64,000 bases of DNA from Chiloscyllium plagiosum (taxonomy: Eukaryota): NCBI RefSeq assembly GCF_004010195.1, contig NC_057718.1, positions 87,319,352-87,383,351 on the forward strand, read 5' to 3'. Numbering within the stretch: position 1 is the stretch's first letter; every line of letters starts with the position of its first letter. The notes beneath the pieces were generated by a model. The model was not told the origin of the DNA. It did not search any database and saw nothing but the letters and a program-made list of their open reading frames with translations. This document shows positions 11,971 through 24,140 of the stretch, piece after piece. The position numbers and the translations under genes were made by a program.

Positions 11971-12971
11971 AAACAGGGAATTTTGTGTGAAGGGCTTTCG
12001 AAAAATTGCTGGAAAAGAGAAACTAATTGGATAAGTCTTTCAGAGAGGTGGTGCAGACATTATTGTGGCATTGTTCCTTGTGTTTTTAAATGTACGATCT
12101 CTTTCATTTCAAGTAGCCATTAAATTAGATTGAAGCTGCACTGCTTTTAAATCCTGCCCTCTCATCCACTACTTATTGTCCAAGGTAAACAAGAGTGACA
12201 CAAAGGGAGGTGGAATTGGAAGGGAAAGTCATTCCCAGGCCACACTTGCGTGCTGTGAGACACATGCCTAAGTAGCAATGAAAGCAGATATCTCCCGCAG
12301 CCACAGGTGGTATCTATTCCCTTGAGACTTGGGGGAGGGGGGGGGGGAGAGAGGTGTGGAAAATAACAAAGACTAACTCCCCATCGCTCTTGAGGGAATG
12401 TAGGTGATGCATGTGGGAAGACAGGATGCCTGTAGTTCAGTAATGTTGAATTATTGAGAATGCAGATAATCACAGACCTAAATATTTTTAGTTGGTTTTC
12501 CTGTTCCTTGGAATATCATTAGCTGCAAAGCAACCACTAGATTATAGGAACTACAGATAATTTTGAACCAGACATTCTCAATGGCAAATATTTTTTGACC
12601 TTCCAGATAGATAAGTTTTATTTCTGTTCTTTGCTTTTGCACAGAACAAAATGGAAGTTTACTTTTTAAGTTGATCTCATTGATATTAGAAAATGTTACT
12701 TGTACACAAATGTGGTAGCCAGGAATCCTGTGTGTGTCTTTACCCTTTGAGAGTTGTTATAAAACTGAGGTTTTATGTCTTACCTGTCAGTTTAATTTTT
12801 CTTCCCTTGTGCAGAGGCTAAGGCTTATTTACTCATTGATCAAATTTATGGATATCAGGAAGCTCTAAAGTTGAAAGGTTGATACATTTTCCTCAAACTG
12901 GAAGAGCAGAAAATGAGTTGGCAACAAAGTAGTATAACTGCGTATGATATCCAATGAGAATACGCAAGGAG

Positions 12972-13985
12972 AGTCATAGAGATGTACAGCATGGAAACAG
13001 ACTCTTCGGTCCAGCTTGTCCATGCCGACCAGATATCCTAAATTAATCTAGTCCCTTTTGCCAGCCTTTGGACGATTTTCCTCTAAACCTTTCCTATTCA
13101 TGTTCCCATTCAGATGCCTATTAAATGTTGTAATTGTACCAGCCTCTGGCACCTCATTCCAAAGACTGATCACCCTTTGCAAGGAAAGGTTGCCCTTGGG
13201 TCCCTTTTTCTAAATTTTTTCCCCTCTCTCCTTAAACCTGTGCCCTGTAGTTTTGGACCTCCCTATCCTGGGGAAAAGACCTTGGCTATTTATCCTATAT
13301 ATGTTCCTCATGATCTTATAAACCTCTAAGGTCATCTCTTAACCTTTGTCTGAGGGGAAAATAGCCCCAGCCTATTCAGCCTCTCCGTATAGCTCAAATC
13401 CTTCAACCCTGGTAACCTTTTATAAATCTTTTCTGAACCCTTTCAAGTTTCACAAAAGCCTTCCTATAGCAGGGAGACCAGAATTGAATGCAGTATTCCA
13501 AAAATGACCTGACCAATGTCCTATACAGCTGCAACATGATCTCCCAACTCCTATACTCAATGCACTGATCATTAAAGGCAAATATGCCTTCACTAACCTG
13601 TCTACCTGCAACTCTACTTTCAAGAAACTATGCACCTGTACTCCAAAGTCTCTTTGTTCAGCAACACTCCCAGGACTTTACCATTAAGTGTATAAGTCCT
13701 GCTAAGATTTGCCTTTCCAAAATGCAGCACCTAACATTTATCTAAATTAAGTTCCACCTGCTGCCACTCAGCCCATGTGATCAAGGTCCTGTTGTACTCT
13801 GAGGTAACCTTTTTGGCTGTCCACTACACTAATAATTTAGGTGTCATCTGTAAACTTACTAACCATACTTTCTATGTTCACATCCAAAGAATTTACATAA
13901 ATGACAAAAAGCAGTGGATCCTGGTGGCACACCGCTGGTCACAGGCCTCCAATCTGAAAAGCAGCCCTCCACCACTACCCTCTTT
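12972..13985 (-). mobile_element. CR1 (HER1-like) LINE 3' fragment
   Basis: Closely similar to 52521-53362, whose translation is CR1 ORF2 C-terminus (LVRPLLEYC...QFWSP). Confidence 0.85.
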
Positions 13986-14399
13986 CTTAAGCTGGATAAG
14001 AGTAACCTCCATAGATTTTGATTTTAAACTTTCTTGTGCTGTGCAACTGCAGATGTAGTCTTACTTTAAGCCAGATTTGAAATGCTGAAGCTATGAAGCC
14101 TTTGAAGAGTATGTTTGCTACAAGTTTTGATCCAAGAGTGCATGCTAGATTAGTTCTTGCTGCCCACAGTGCATGTAACATCAGTTTTTTAAAAAAAATA
14201 CAGACTCTTGATTGTGGAACATTCAAATTTAGAGCAGCAGTAGGTCATTTGATACTTCATACCTGCTTGTCATTTAATGCGATCATGGCTGATCTGATTG
14301 TTGTCTCTACTTTTCCTGTCTATTCCCTATACCTTTATTATCTTAACTGAGTTAGACAGAGACCCCTGTCAGTGCTGAAGAGATCAGTTTGACACGAAC

Positions 14400-16880
14400 G
14401 GCCAATGGTTTTTCATGGTGTCAGTATTCAAGTTTTACTTAATTAGGCATTCAGACCCTAGATGTTATTTCACACCCCTATTAATTATGCCCTACTGCAA
14501 ATCAGACAGCTAGCTTTGAGTCTTGAATACCGATCCTGAGTACTAAGCTGTATTCCGAAAACTGATTTGTATTTCCCAAAACACAAATGGGGAATAGTCT
14601 TCCAAATAGTGATCTTTCGTACCAAACCCAGTACTCTTATTGAATATTAGATTTTGCTCTGAGCATGGCACTGCATACTGGACTATGTCGAATTTACTGA
14701 TCCTGTCTACCGAACAATATTGTGAAAACTGAACATCAGTAGCAATTTGTATCCCAAGTAAAAATCCCTCCAACCGCAAAATATCCTCAGCATGGAGCCC
14801 ATACCTTTTATTGTCACTTCATATGGACCACCAACCTCCAAGCACACACCAAGCAGTGCTAATTAATGTCCATTCTAATCTTGAGAATGAGTAATGAACA
14901 CATTGGGCTGCACAATGGCTCAGTGGTTAGCACTGCTGCCTCGTAGCACTTGGGACCAGAGTTTGATTCCAGCTTCAGGTGACTGCCTGTGTGGAGTTTG
15001 CACATTCTCCCCGTGTCTGTGTGGGTTTCTTCTGGATGCTTCAGTTTCCTCCCATACCCCAAAGATGTGTAGGTTAGGTGAATTAGCGATACTAAATTGC
15101 CCAAAGTGTTCAGGGATGTTTAGGTTCGGTGCAGTAGTTAGAGGTAAATGTAGAGTAATAGGGTAGGGAGCTGGGTCACTCTTTTGGAGGGTTGGTGTGG
15201 TCTTGTTGGGCCTAATGGCCTGTTTCCACACCGTGGGGATTCTATGATTAAGAGATTGCAGCAGTTACAAAAATCGTTCTGATATTTTCTCCATTACAGT
15301 ACTCAGATTTTATATCCAGGGCACTGTACAGATGTTGAGGTAATCTGTGACACTGGTATGGATGTCGGGTTATCTCCCAAGTGCACATAATAAAAAATTA
15401 AACTGTATCCCATGAAACAGATCAAATCCTAGTATTGCATTGTAACTGGTGTATTAATACTGACTGTTGGACCTCTCTCCTGAGCATTGTGACTGAATAT
15501 TGGATCCTTGTCCAAGTGTTGGAATTGTGTAACAGACTGCATTGCAAATACCAAGTCTGAGTAATTTTCCTGAGCATTTATTTTATTTACCAGACCATAC
15601 CCAGTGCTCTGGTACTGAAAGTCTCAACGAGTCTAGAGTATTAATGCTTGTGTTGGACTGAAAACAAATAGCAGATTGCATACAAAATAAAGATCCTGCA
15701 TACGAATTCTGAGTAATAGATTCCAAGAACTAAACGAGAACATGCAACGTTATCCAAATATGCTACTAATTTATTGTATCTTATTTCAACATTTTGATCT
15801 TGAATACTTGAAAACGTTCAGAGCACTATTCATGCATTGTATGCCAGGCATTCCTACCAAATATCAGATTTTATCCATATTAGTGATCCCAAGTACTATT
15901 ATCCTCTATACCAGTTCGTCTACTTGTATATGAAATTACATACTGTGTACTGGTCCCCAATAGCAAACAAGTTGGTATTGAGTATGGATCCCAGGTACTG
16001 TTCCCCATTCGGTGTCCAAGCGTCAAACCTCATCCAGAGCATTGGTAAATGAAAACCAGATCTGTATTCACAGTATGGACCTGGAGTTTTGAGCTGAGCA
16101 CCAAAATTAATTTTCAGATGGTTCCCATTATTTTGTATGATTAACAGACTGTACTCAGTGCATGTTCCAAGTAACAAATCCTGAGTACATACCCTGAATA
16201 AGGATCTATAATCTTCAGGTATATATAGATCATATAATCTTTATACTGTAGGCTATCAGACTATATCGTGAGTCTTATTCCAAGTACTGATCAAGTACAA
16301 AAATTCATCCCAAATATTGAGCCAAGTAGCAAACTGTGTCCTTAGTACCAGTCTTATCCTGGGTGTTATCTTGAATGTTGGACTACATCCAGGCTGCTGT
16401 AACTGAATATCAGCTAGGACCCCGAGTATCTGGAGTACAAGACATAATCATAGGTACCAAGCGTTGTTCTAGAGTACTAAATTATATCTAAGTATTAGTA
16501 TGCATTATTCCCCCTCATTATTAAAACACCCTTTAAATGTAAAATTCATATTATGTCTGTGAAAATTGGTCCTTTAGCTAAAAAAAAGTTGTTGTTCCGA
16601 TATTGGGTCATAATCCGAGTACAGGCATAGAATATATAACCATAATCTGAGTACTGATCACAAGGAGCAGACGCTGTCCTGACTATTGATGCTAAGTACA
16701 AAATCTAACTGAAGAAGTAGACTTTTCTTCATGTACTAATTTAATAGACTTTCTTGTGTGTCAGTCTCAGTTACGGACTTGAATATGTTTTCCCAGATCA
16801 GAGTGTGTCCAGAGTCTTGTTCATGAGTATTGACACCGAATACTAGATCCGATTTCATATTCCAAGTAGCGTTATCATCC
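14400..16880. repeat. Cryptic, highly degenerate short-period repeat region (atcccgagtac / cagactgtat-like motifs), interrupted by a SINE
   Basis: Recurring variants include atcctgagtac, atcccaagta, ttccaagtac, atccgagtac, cagactgta, cagactata and aaactgtatccc throughout the interval. Confidence 0.55.
14905..15248 (+). mobile_element. HE1/V-SINE-type tRNA-derived SINE, full length
   Basis: tRNA head tggctcagtggttagcactgctgcc...gtttgattcc, central V-domain-like ctgtgtggagtttgcacattctcccc, and CR1-like tail ggcctgtttccacac...ttctatga. Confidence 0.88.
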
Positions 16881-17845
16881 ATTCTTCCTTCTGAAGTCCT
16901 CGAATGTGTGGTTGCCTCCAAAGTCTGTGCCCATCCTTCTCAGTTTGATGCTGAATCCCTCTAGTCTGCTTTCTGCAATAGCAAGCCATCTCTTCTCAAA
17001 GCCAGCCATGATATTGTGTGACAAAGGCAAATTTGATCCCTCTCCTCCCTGACTCATATGCAACTTTTGACATGGTTGACCATATTTCTCTCCTCTGACA
17101 CTGTCCCACTGTTGTCCGGCTGGATGGGACTGCTCTGACTTATTTCTTTTTGCAAGTATGGAAACATAGAAACAAAGATTAGGCATAACTATTCAACCCT
17201 TTGAGGCTGCTCAACCATTCAATGTGATCATGTTTGATACTCTATATCTTAATGCCATACTCCTGCTTTCTTCCCCTGATCCTTAAAGCCTAAAAATACC
17301 TTTAAACACCCTCAAAATCTTTCTTTTTTAAAAAAAAGCTATCTTTCTTGAATATGTTCAGAGCCTTAGCCTCCATGGCTTTCATGGTAGAGTGTTTCAC
17401 AGATTCACTTACTACCCTCTTCTCAATTGTAAATGGTCGACCCATATCCTAAGCGTATCATCTCCTTGATTCTCGACTCCCTAACAAGGGAAAACATCTT
17501 CGCTGCTTCTTGTTTGTCCAGCTGTTTAGAATCTTAGACGCTTCAATCAGATACCCTCTCATTCTTCTAAACTCTGGCTTGACTGGCGTGTCTTCTGGAA
17601 TCTCTCCTCACAGGGTAGTCCTGCCATCCTTGGTATCTACTTAATGAACCTTTGCTGCACTTCCTGTTTATGGCAAGTGTGTCCTTTCTTGGGTCAGGAG
17701 ATCAAAACTGCATGTAGTACTCCAGATGTGGTCTTTCCAGGGCCCTGAATAATTGCAATAAGATATCCCGACTTCTGAACTCAGATGCTCTTGCAATGAA
17801 GGCTAACATACTATTTGCCTTCCTAATTGCTTGCTTGCTTCTCGA

Positions 17846-18061
17846 GGAGAAAGTGAGGTCTGCAGATGCTGGAGATCAAAGTTGAAACTTTATTGCTGGA
17901 ACAGCACAGCAGGTCAGGCAGCATCCAGGGAACAGGAGATTCGACGTTTCGGGCACAGGCCCTTCTCATTCCTGAAGAAGGGCCTGTGCCCGAAACGTCG
18001 AATCTCCTGTTCCCTGGATGCTGCCTGACCTGCTGTGCTGTTCCAGCAATAAAGTTTCAAC
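17846..18061. mobile_element. Young non-autonomous fold-back Penelope-like element (inverted pLTRs) with 14-bp TSD
   Basis: Perfect 86-bp inverted arms (17881-17966 and 17976-18061), a 35-nt one-sided tail (17846-17880), and TSD tgcttgcttctcga at 17832-17845 and 18062-18075. Confidence 0.9.
17968..18003 (+). ncRNA. Minimal type I hammerhead ribozyme motif
   Basis: ATTC-CTGAAGA-a-GGGC-ctgt-GCCC-GAAAC-GTC-GAAT: core CUGANGA/GAAA, stem II GGGC/GCCC, palindromic ACGT stem III, GUC cleavage triplet (after 17999), stem I ATTC/GAAT. Confidence 0.82.
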
Positions 18062-18716
18062 TGCTTGCTTCTCGACTTTTACTAACCAGTTAACAAGGAC
18101 ATCCAGATCCCTCTGTGAATCCACACTTTCAATATTTCACCATTTGTATAGTGTTGCTTTCAATTTTTTCCACACTAAAGTTAAACCATGTTGCACTGTG
18201 TCTGCCATACATTTTCCCACTCACTCAATTCACCGAAATCACCTTGCAGTCTCTTTTTAACTTTAAATGCTCAACCCTCCCAGTGTTTGTATTATCAGCA
18301 AACCTGGAAATGTTGCATCTGGTCCTTTCATCAGGTCATTTAATACATTTTGGTGGGACCCAAGCACTGATTACTGCAGTTCTCCATTCCCTCCCACTTG
18401 GCAAAGACCAATTTATTCTCAGTCTGTTTCCTATTCGTTGACCAAATCATGATCCATCGCAATTTAATGCCCCCATCCCATGTGGTTTAACTTTGCTCAC
18501 TAACTTCTTATGAAGGACCTTATCAAGAGCCTTCTGAAAAATCTAAAGACACCACATCATATTCTCCTTTAACTTGTAGTTAAATCCTCAAAAATCTCCA
18601 GTAGAGTTGTTGAGCATGATTTCTGTTTTGTAAATTCATGCTGACTGTTGCTATATTCCAAGTGGTTTGCAAATAAATCTTTTATTATGGCCTCCAGCAT
18701 TTCCCCTACATTGTGT

Positions 18717-21700
18717 GCCCTTCGCCCTCTCCCTCGCCTTCGCCCTTCGCCCTCTCCCTCGCCTTCGCCCTTCGCCCTCTCCCTCGCCTTCGCCCTTCGC
18801 CCTCTCCCTCGCCTTCGCCCTTCGCCCTCTCCCTCGCCTTCGCCCTTCGCCCTCTCCCTCGCCTTCGCCCTTCGCCCTCTCCCTCGCCTTCGCCCTTCGC
18901 CCTCTCCCTCGCCTTCGCCCTTCGCCCTCTCCCTCGCCTTCGCCCTTCGCCCTCTCCCTCGCCTTCGCCCTTCGCCCTCTCCCTCGCCTTCGCCCTTCGC
19001 CCTCTCCCTCGCCTTCGCCCTTCGCCCTCTCCCTCGCCTTCGCCCTTCGCCCTCTCCCTCGCCTTCGCCCTTCGCCCTCTCCCTCGCCTTCGCCCTTCGC
19101 CCTCTCCCTCGCCTTCGCCCTTCGCCCTCTCCCTCGCCTTCGCCCTTCGCCCTCTCCCTCGCCTTCGCCCTTCGCCCTCTCCCTCGCCTTCGCCCTTCGC
19201 CCTCTCCCTCGCCTTCGCCCTTCGCCCTCTCCCTCGCCTTCGCCCTTCGCCCTCTCCCTCGCCTTCGCCCTTCGCCCTCTCCCTCGCCTTCGCCCTTCGC
19301 CCTCTCCCTCGCCTTCGCCCTTCGCCCTCTCCCTCGCCTTCGCCCTTCGCCCTCTCCCTCGCCTTCGCCCTTCGCCCTCTCCCTCGCCTTCGCCCTTCGC
19401 CCTCTCCCTCGCCTTCGCCCTTCGCCCTCTCCCTCGCCTTCGCCCTTCGCCCTCTCCCTCGCCTTCGCCCTTCGCCCTCTCCCTCGCCTTCGCCCTTCGC
19501 CCTCTCCCTCGCCTTCGCCCTTCGCCCTCTCCCTCGCCTTCGCCCTTCGCCCTCTCCCTCGCCTTCGCCCTTCGCCCTCTCCCTCGCCTTCGCCCTTCGC
19601 CCTCTCCCTCGCCTTCGCCCTTCGCCCTCTCCCTCGCCTTCGCCCTTCGCCCTCTCCCTCGCCTTCGCCCTTCGCCCTCTCCCTCGCCTTCGCCCTTCGC
19701 CCTCTCCCTCGCCTTCGCCCTTCGCCCTCTCCCTCGCCTTCGCCCTTCGCCCTCTCCCTCGCCTTCGCCCTTCGCCCTCTCCCTCGCCTTCGCCCTTCGC
19801 CCTCTCCCTCGCCTTCGCCCTTCGCCCTCTCCCTCGCCTTCGCCCTTCGCCCTCTCCCTCGCCTTCGCCCTTCGCCCTCTCCCTCGCCTTCGCCCTTCGC
19901 CCTCTCCCTCGCCTTCGCCCTTCGCCCTCTCCCTCGCCTTCGCCCTTCGCCCTCTCCCTCGCCTTCGCCCTTCGCCCTCTCCCTCGCCTTCGCCCTTCGC
20001 CCTCTCCCTCGCCTTCGCCCTTCGCCCTCTCCCTCGCCTTCGCCCTTCGCCCTCTCCCTCGCCTTCGCCCTTCGCCCTCTCCCTCGCCTTCGCCCTTCGC
20101 CCTCTCCCTCGCCTTCGCCCTTCGCCCTCTCCCTCGCCTTCGCCCTTCGCCCTCTCCCTCGCCTTCGCCCTTCGCCCTCTCCCTCGCCTTCGCCCTTCGC
20201 CCTCTCCCTCGCCTTCGCCCTTCGCCCTCTCCCTCGCCTTCGCCCTTCGCCCTCTCCCTCGCCTTCGCCCTTCGCCCTCTCCCTCGCCTTCGCCCTTCGC
20301 CCTCTCCCTCGCCTTCGCCCTTCGCCCTCTCCCTCGCCTTCGCCCTTCGCCCTCTCCCTCGCCTTCGCCCTTCGCCCTCTCCCTCGCCTTCGCCCTTCGC
20401 CCTCTCCCTCGCCTTCGCCCTTCGCCCTCTCCCTCGCCTTCGCCCTTCGCCCTCTCCCTCGCCTTCGCCCTTCGCCCTCTCCCTCGCCTTCGCCCTTCGC
20501 CCTCTCCCTCGCCTTCGCCCTTCGCCCTCTCCCTCGCCTTCGCCCTTCGCCCTCTCCCTCGCCTTCGCCCTTCGCCCTCTCCCTCGCCTTCGCCCTTCGC
20601 CCTCTCCCTCGCCTTCGCCCTTCGCCCTCTCCCTCGCCTTCGCCCTTCGCCCTCTCCCTCGCCTTCGCCCTTCGCCCTCTCCCTCGCCTTCGCCCTTCGC
20701 CCTCTCCCTCGCCTTCGCCCTTCGCCCTCTCCCTCGCCTTCGCCCTTCGCCCTCTCCCTCGCCTTCGCCCTTCGCCCTCTCCCTCGCCTTCGCCCTTCGC
20801 CCTCTCCCTCGCCTTCGCCCTTCGCCCTCTCCCTCGCCTTCGCCCTTCGCCCTCTCCCTCGCCTTCGCCCTTCGCCCTCTCCCTCGCCTTCGCCCTTCGC
20901 CCTCTCCCTCGCCTTCGCCCTTCGCCCTCTCCCTCGCCTTCGCCCTTCGCCCTCTCCCTCGCCTTCGCCCTTCGCCCTCTCCCTCGCCTTCGCCCTTCGC
21001 CCTCTCCCTCGCCTTCGCCCTTCGCCCTCTCCCTCGCCTTCGCCCTTCGCCCTCTCCCTCGCCTTCGCCCTTCGCCCTCTCCCTCGCCTTCGCCCTTCGC
21101 CCTCTCCCTCGCCTTCGCCCTTCGCCCTCTCCCTCGCCTTCGCCCTTCGCCCTCTCCCTCGCCTTCGCCCTTCGCCCTCTCCCTCGCCTTCGCCCTTCGC
21201 CCTCTCCCTCGCCTTCGCCCTTCGCCCTCTCCCTCGCCTTCGCCCTTCGCCCTCTCCCTCGCCTTCGCCCTTCGCCCTCTCCCTCGCCTTCGCCCTTCGC
21301 CCTCTCCCTCGCCTTCGCCCTTCGCCCTCTCCCTCGCCTTCGCCCTTCGCCCTCTCCCTCGCCTTCGCCCTTCGCCCTCTCCCTCGCCTTCGCCCTTCGC
21401 CCTCTCCCTCGCCTTCGCCCTTCGCCCTCTCCCTCGCCTTCGCCCTTCGCCCTCTCCCTCGCCTTCGCCCTTCGCCCTCTCCCTCGCCTTCGCCCTTCGC
21501 CCTCTCCCTCGCCTTCGCCCTTCGCCCTCTCCCTCGCCTTCGCCCTTCGCCCTCTCCCTCGCCTTCGCCCTTCGCCCTCTCCCTCGCCTTCGCCCTTCGC
21601 CCTCTCCCTCGCCTTCGCCCTTCGCCCTCTCCCTCGCCTTCGCCCTTCGCCCTCTCCCTCGCCTTCGCCCTTCGCCCTCTCCCTCGCCTTCGCCCTTCGC

Positions 21701-23931
21701 CCTCTCCCTCGCCTTCGCCCTTCGCCCTCTCCCTCGCCTTCGCCCTTCGCCCTCTCCCTCGCCTTCGCCCTTCGCCCTCTCCCTCGCCTTCGCCCTTCGC
21801 CCTCTCCCTCGCCTTCGCCCTTCGCCCTCTCCCTCGCCTTCGCCCTTCGCCCTCTCCCTCGCCTTCGCCCTTCGCCCTCTCCCTCGCCTTCGCCCTTCGC
21901 CCTCTCCCTCGCCTTCGCCCTTCGCCCTCTCCCTCGCCTTCGCCCTTCGCCCTCTCCCTCGCCTTCGCCCTTCGCCCTCTCCCTCGCCTTCGCCCTTCGC
22001 CCTCTCCCTCGCCTTCGCCCTTCGCCCTCTCCCTCGCCTTCGCCCTTCGCCCTCTCCCTCGCCTTCGCCCTTCGCCCTCTCCCTCGCCTTCGCCCTTCGC
22101 CCTCTCCCTCGCCTTCGCCCTTCGCCCTCTCCCTCGCCTTCGCCCTTCGCCCTCTCCCTCGCCTTCGCCCTTCGCCCTCTCCCTCGCCTTCGCCCTTCGC
22201 CCTCTCCCTCGCCTTCGCCCTTCGCCCTCTCCCTCGCCTTCGCCCTTCGCCCTCTCCCTCGCCTTCGCCCTTCGCCCTCTCCCTCGCCTTCGCCCTTCGC
22301 CCTCTCCCTCGCCTTCGCCCTTCGCCCTCTCCCTCGCCTTCGCCCTTCGCCCTCTCCCTCGCCTTCGCCCTTCGCCCTCTCCCTCGCCTTCGCCCTTCGC
22401 CCTCTCCCTCGCCTTCGCCCTTCGCCCTCTCCCTCGCCTTCGCCCTTCGCCCTCTCCCTCGCCTTCGCCCTTCGCCCTCTCCCTCGCCTTCGCCCTTCGC
22501 CCTCTCCCTCGCCTTCGCCCTTCGCCCTCTCCCTCGCCTTCGCCCTTCGCCCTCTCCCTCGCCTTCGCCCTTCGCCCTCTCCCTCGCCTTCGCCCTTCGC
22601 CCTCTCCCTCGCCTTCGCCCTTCGCCCTCTCCCTCGCCTTCGCCCTTCGCCCTCTCCCTCGCCTTCGCCCTTCGCCCTCTCCCTCGCCTTCGCCCTTCGC
22701 CCTCTCCCTCGCCTTCGCCCTTCGCCCTCTCCCTCGCCTTCGCCCTTCGCCCTCTCCCTCGCCTTCGCCCTTCGCCCTCTCCCTCGCCTTCGCCCTTCGC
22801 CCTCTCCCTCGCCTTCGCCCTTCGCCCTCTCCCTCGCCTTCGCCCTTCGCCCTCTCCCTCGCCTTCGCCCTTCGCCCTCTCCCTCGCCTTCGCCCTTCGC
22901 CCTCTCCCTCGCCTTCGCCCTTCGCCCTCTCCCTCGCCTTCGCCCTTCGCCCTCTCCCTCGCCTTCGCCCTTCGCCCTCTCCCTCGCCTTCGCCCTTCGC
23001 CCTCTCCCTCGCCTTCGCCCTTCGCCCTCTCCCTCGCCTTCGCCCTTCGCCCTCTCCCTCGCCTTCGCCCTTCGCCCTCTCCCTCGCCTTCGCCCTTCGC
23101 CCTCTCCCTCGCCTTCGCCCTTCGCCCTCTCCCTCGCCTTCGCCCTTCGCCCTCTCCCTCGCCTTCGCCCTTCGCCCTCTCCCTCGCCTTCGCCCTTCGC
23201 CCTCTCCCTCGCCTTCGCCCTTCGCCCTCTCCCTCGCCTTCGCCCTTCGCCCTCTCCCTCGCCTTCGCCCTTCGCCCTCTCCCTCGCCTTCGCCCTTCGC
23301 CCTCTCCCTCGCCTTCGCCCTTCGCCCTCTCCCTCGCCTTCGCCCTTCGCCCTCTCCCTCGCCTTCGCCCTTCGCCCTCTCCCTCGCCTTCGCCCTTCGC
23401 CCTCTCCCTCGCCTTCGCCCTTCGCCCTCTCCCTCGCCTTCGCCCTTCGCCCTCTCCCTCGCCTTCGCCCTTCGCCCTCTCCCTCGCCTTCGCCCTTCGC
23501 CCTCTCCCTCGCCTTCGCCCTTCGCCCTCTCCCTCGCCTTCGCCCTTCGCCCTCTCCCTCGCCTTCGCCCTTCGCCCTCTCCCTCGCCTTCGCCCTTCGC
23601 CCTCTCCCTCGCCTTCGCCCTTCGCCCTCTCCCTCGCCTTCGCCCTTCGCCCTCTCCCTCGCCTTCGCCCTTCGCCCTCTCCCTCGCCTTCGCCCTTCGC
23701 CCTCTCCCTCGCCTTCGCCCTTCGCCCTCTCCCTCGCCTTCGCCCTTCGCCCTCTCCCTCGCCTTCGCCCTTCGCCCTCTCCCTCGCCTTCGCCCTTCGC
23801 CCTCTCCCTCGCCTTCGCCCTTCGCCCTCTCCCTCGCCTTCGCCCTTCGCCCTCTCCCTCGCCTTCGCCCTTCGCCCTCTCCCTCGCCTTCGCCCTTCGC
23901 CCTCTCCCTCGCCTTCGCCCTTCGCCCTCTC
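18717..23931. repeat. Perfect 25-bp tandem array (TTCGCCCTCTCCCTCGCCTTCGCCC)n, about 208 copies
   Basis: The unit repeats with no visible variant over about 5.2 kb. The top strand has no A, so there are no stop codons in any frame. Confidence 0.97.
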
Positions 23932-24140
23932 TTGCCCCCGCCCGTCCCTATTCCCTCAGCTTTTTAAAAAAAATACTCGTGTTACATTAGCTCACTTCTA
24001 TTCCATAGGAACTGCTTCAACAGCTATAGAATTTTGGAAGAGCTTAATATTGCCAAACTACTTCCTTAGTACTTTTGGATAAAATTCCGGCCCTGGTGAT
24101 TTCAATCTTTAACCCGACTTATCTCCCATTTTCTTATTAA

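Noticed and set aside
14905..14975. tRNA genes at SINE heads (also 8656, 32271, 40776, 43146, 45905)
   Set aside because: The A/B boxes continue into the SINE body and LINE-like tail. These are tRNA-derived SINEs, not cloverleaf tRNA genes.
17881..18061. Class II MITE or rho-independent terminator interpretation of the hairpin
   Set aside because: The arms match PLE pLTR ends attached to GIY-YIG coding sequence at 6715-7245 and 11590-11845. The 13-14 bp TSDs and one-sided tail fit Penelope-like retrotransposition rather than a DNA transposon.
18717..23931. CRISPR array or telomeric repeat
   Set aside because: There are no spacers, the context is eukaryotic, and the unit is not TTAGGG-like.
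18648..24082. Three ~1770-1790-aa ORFs (PSPSPFALSLAFALRPLPRLR repeats)
   Set aside because: They result from an A-free 25-bp array that cannot contain stop codons. All three frames give the same peptide, and the region is inside an intron and a LINE relic.
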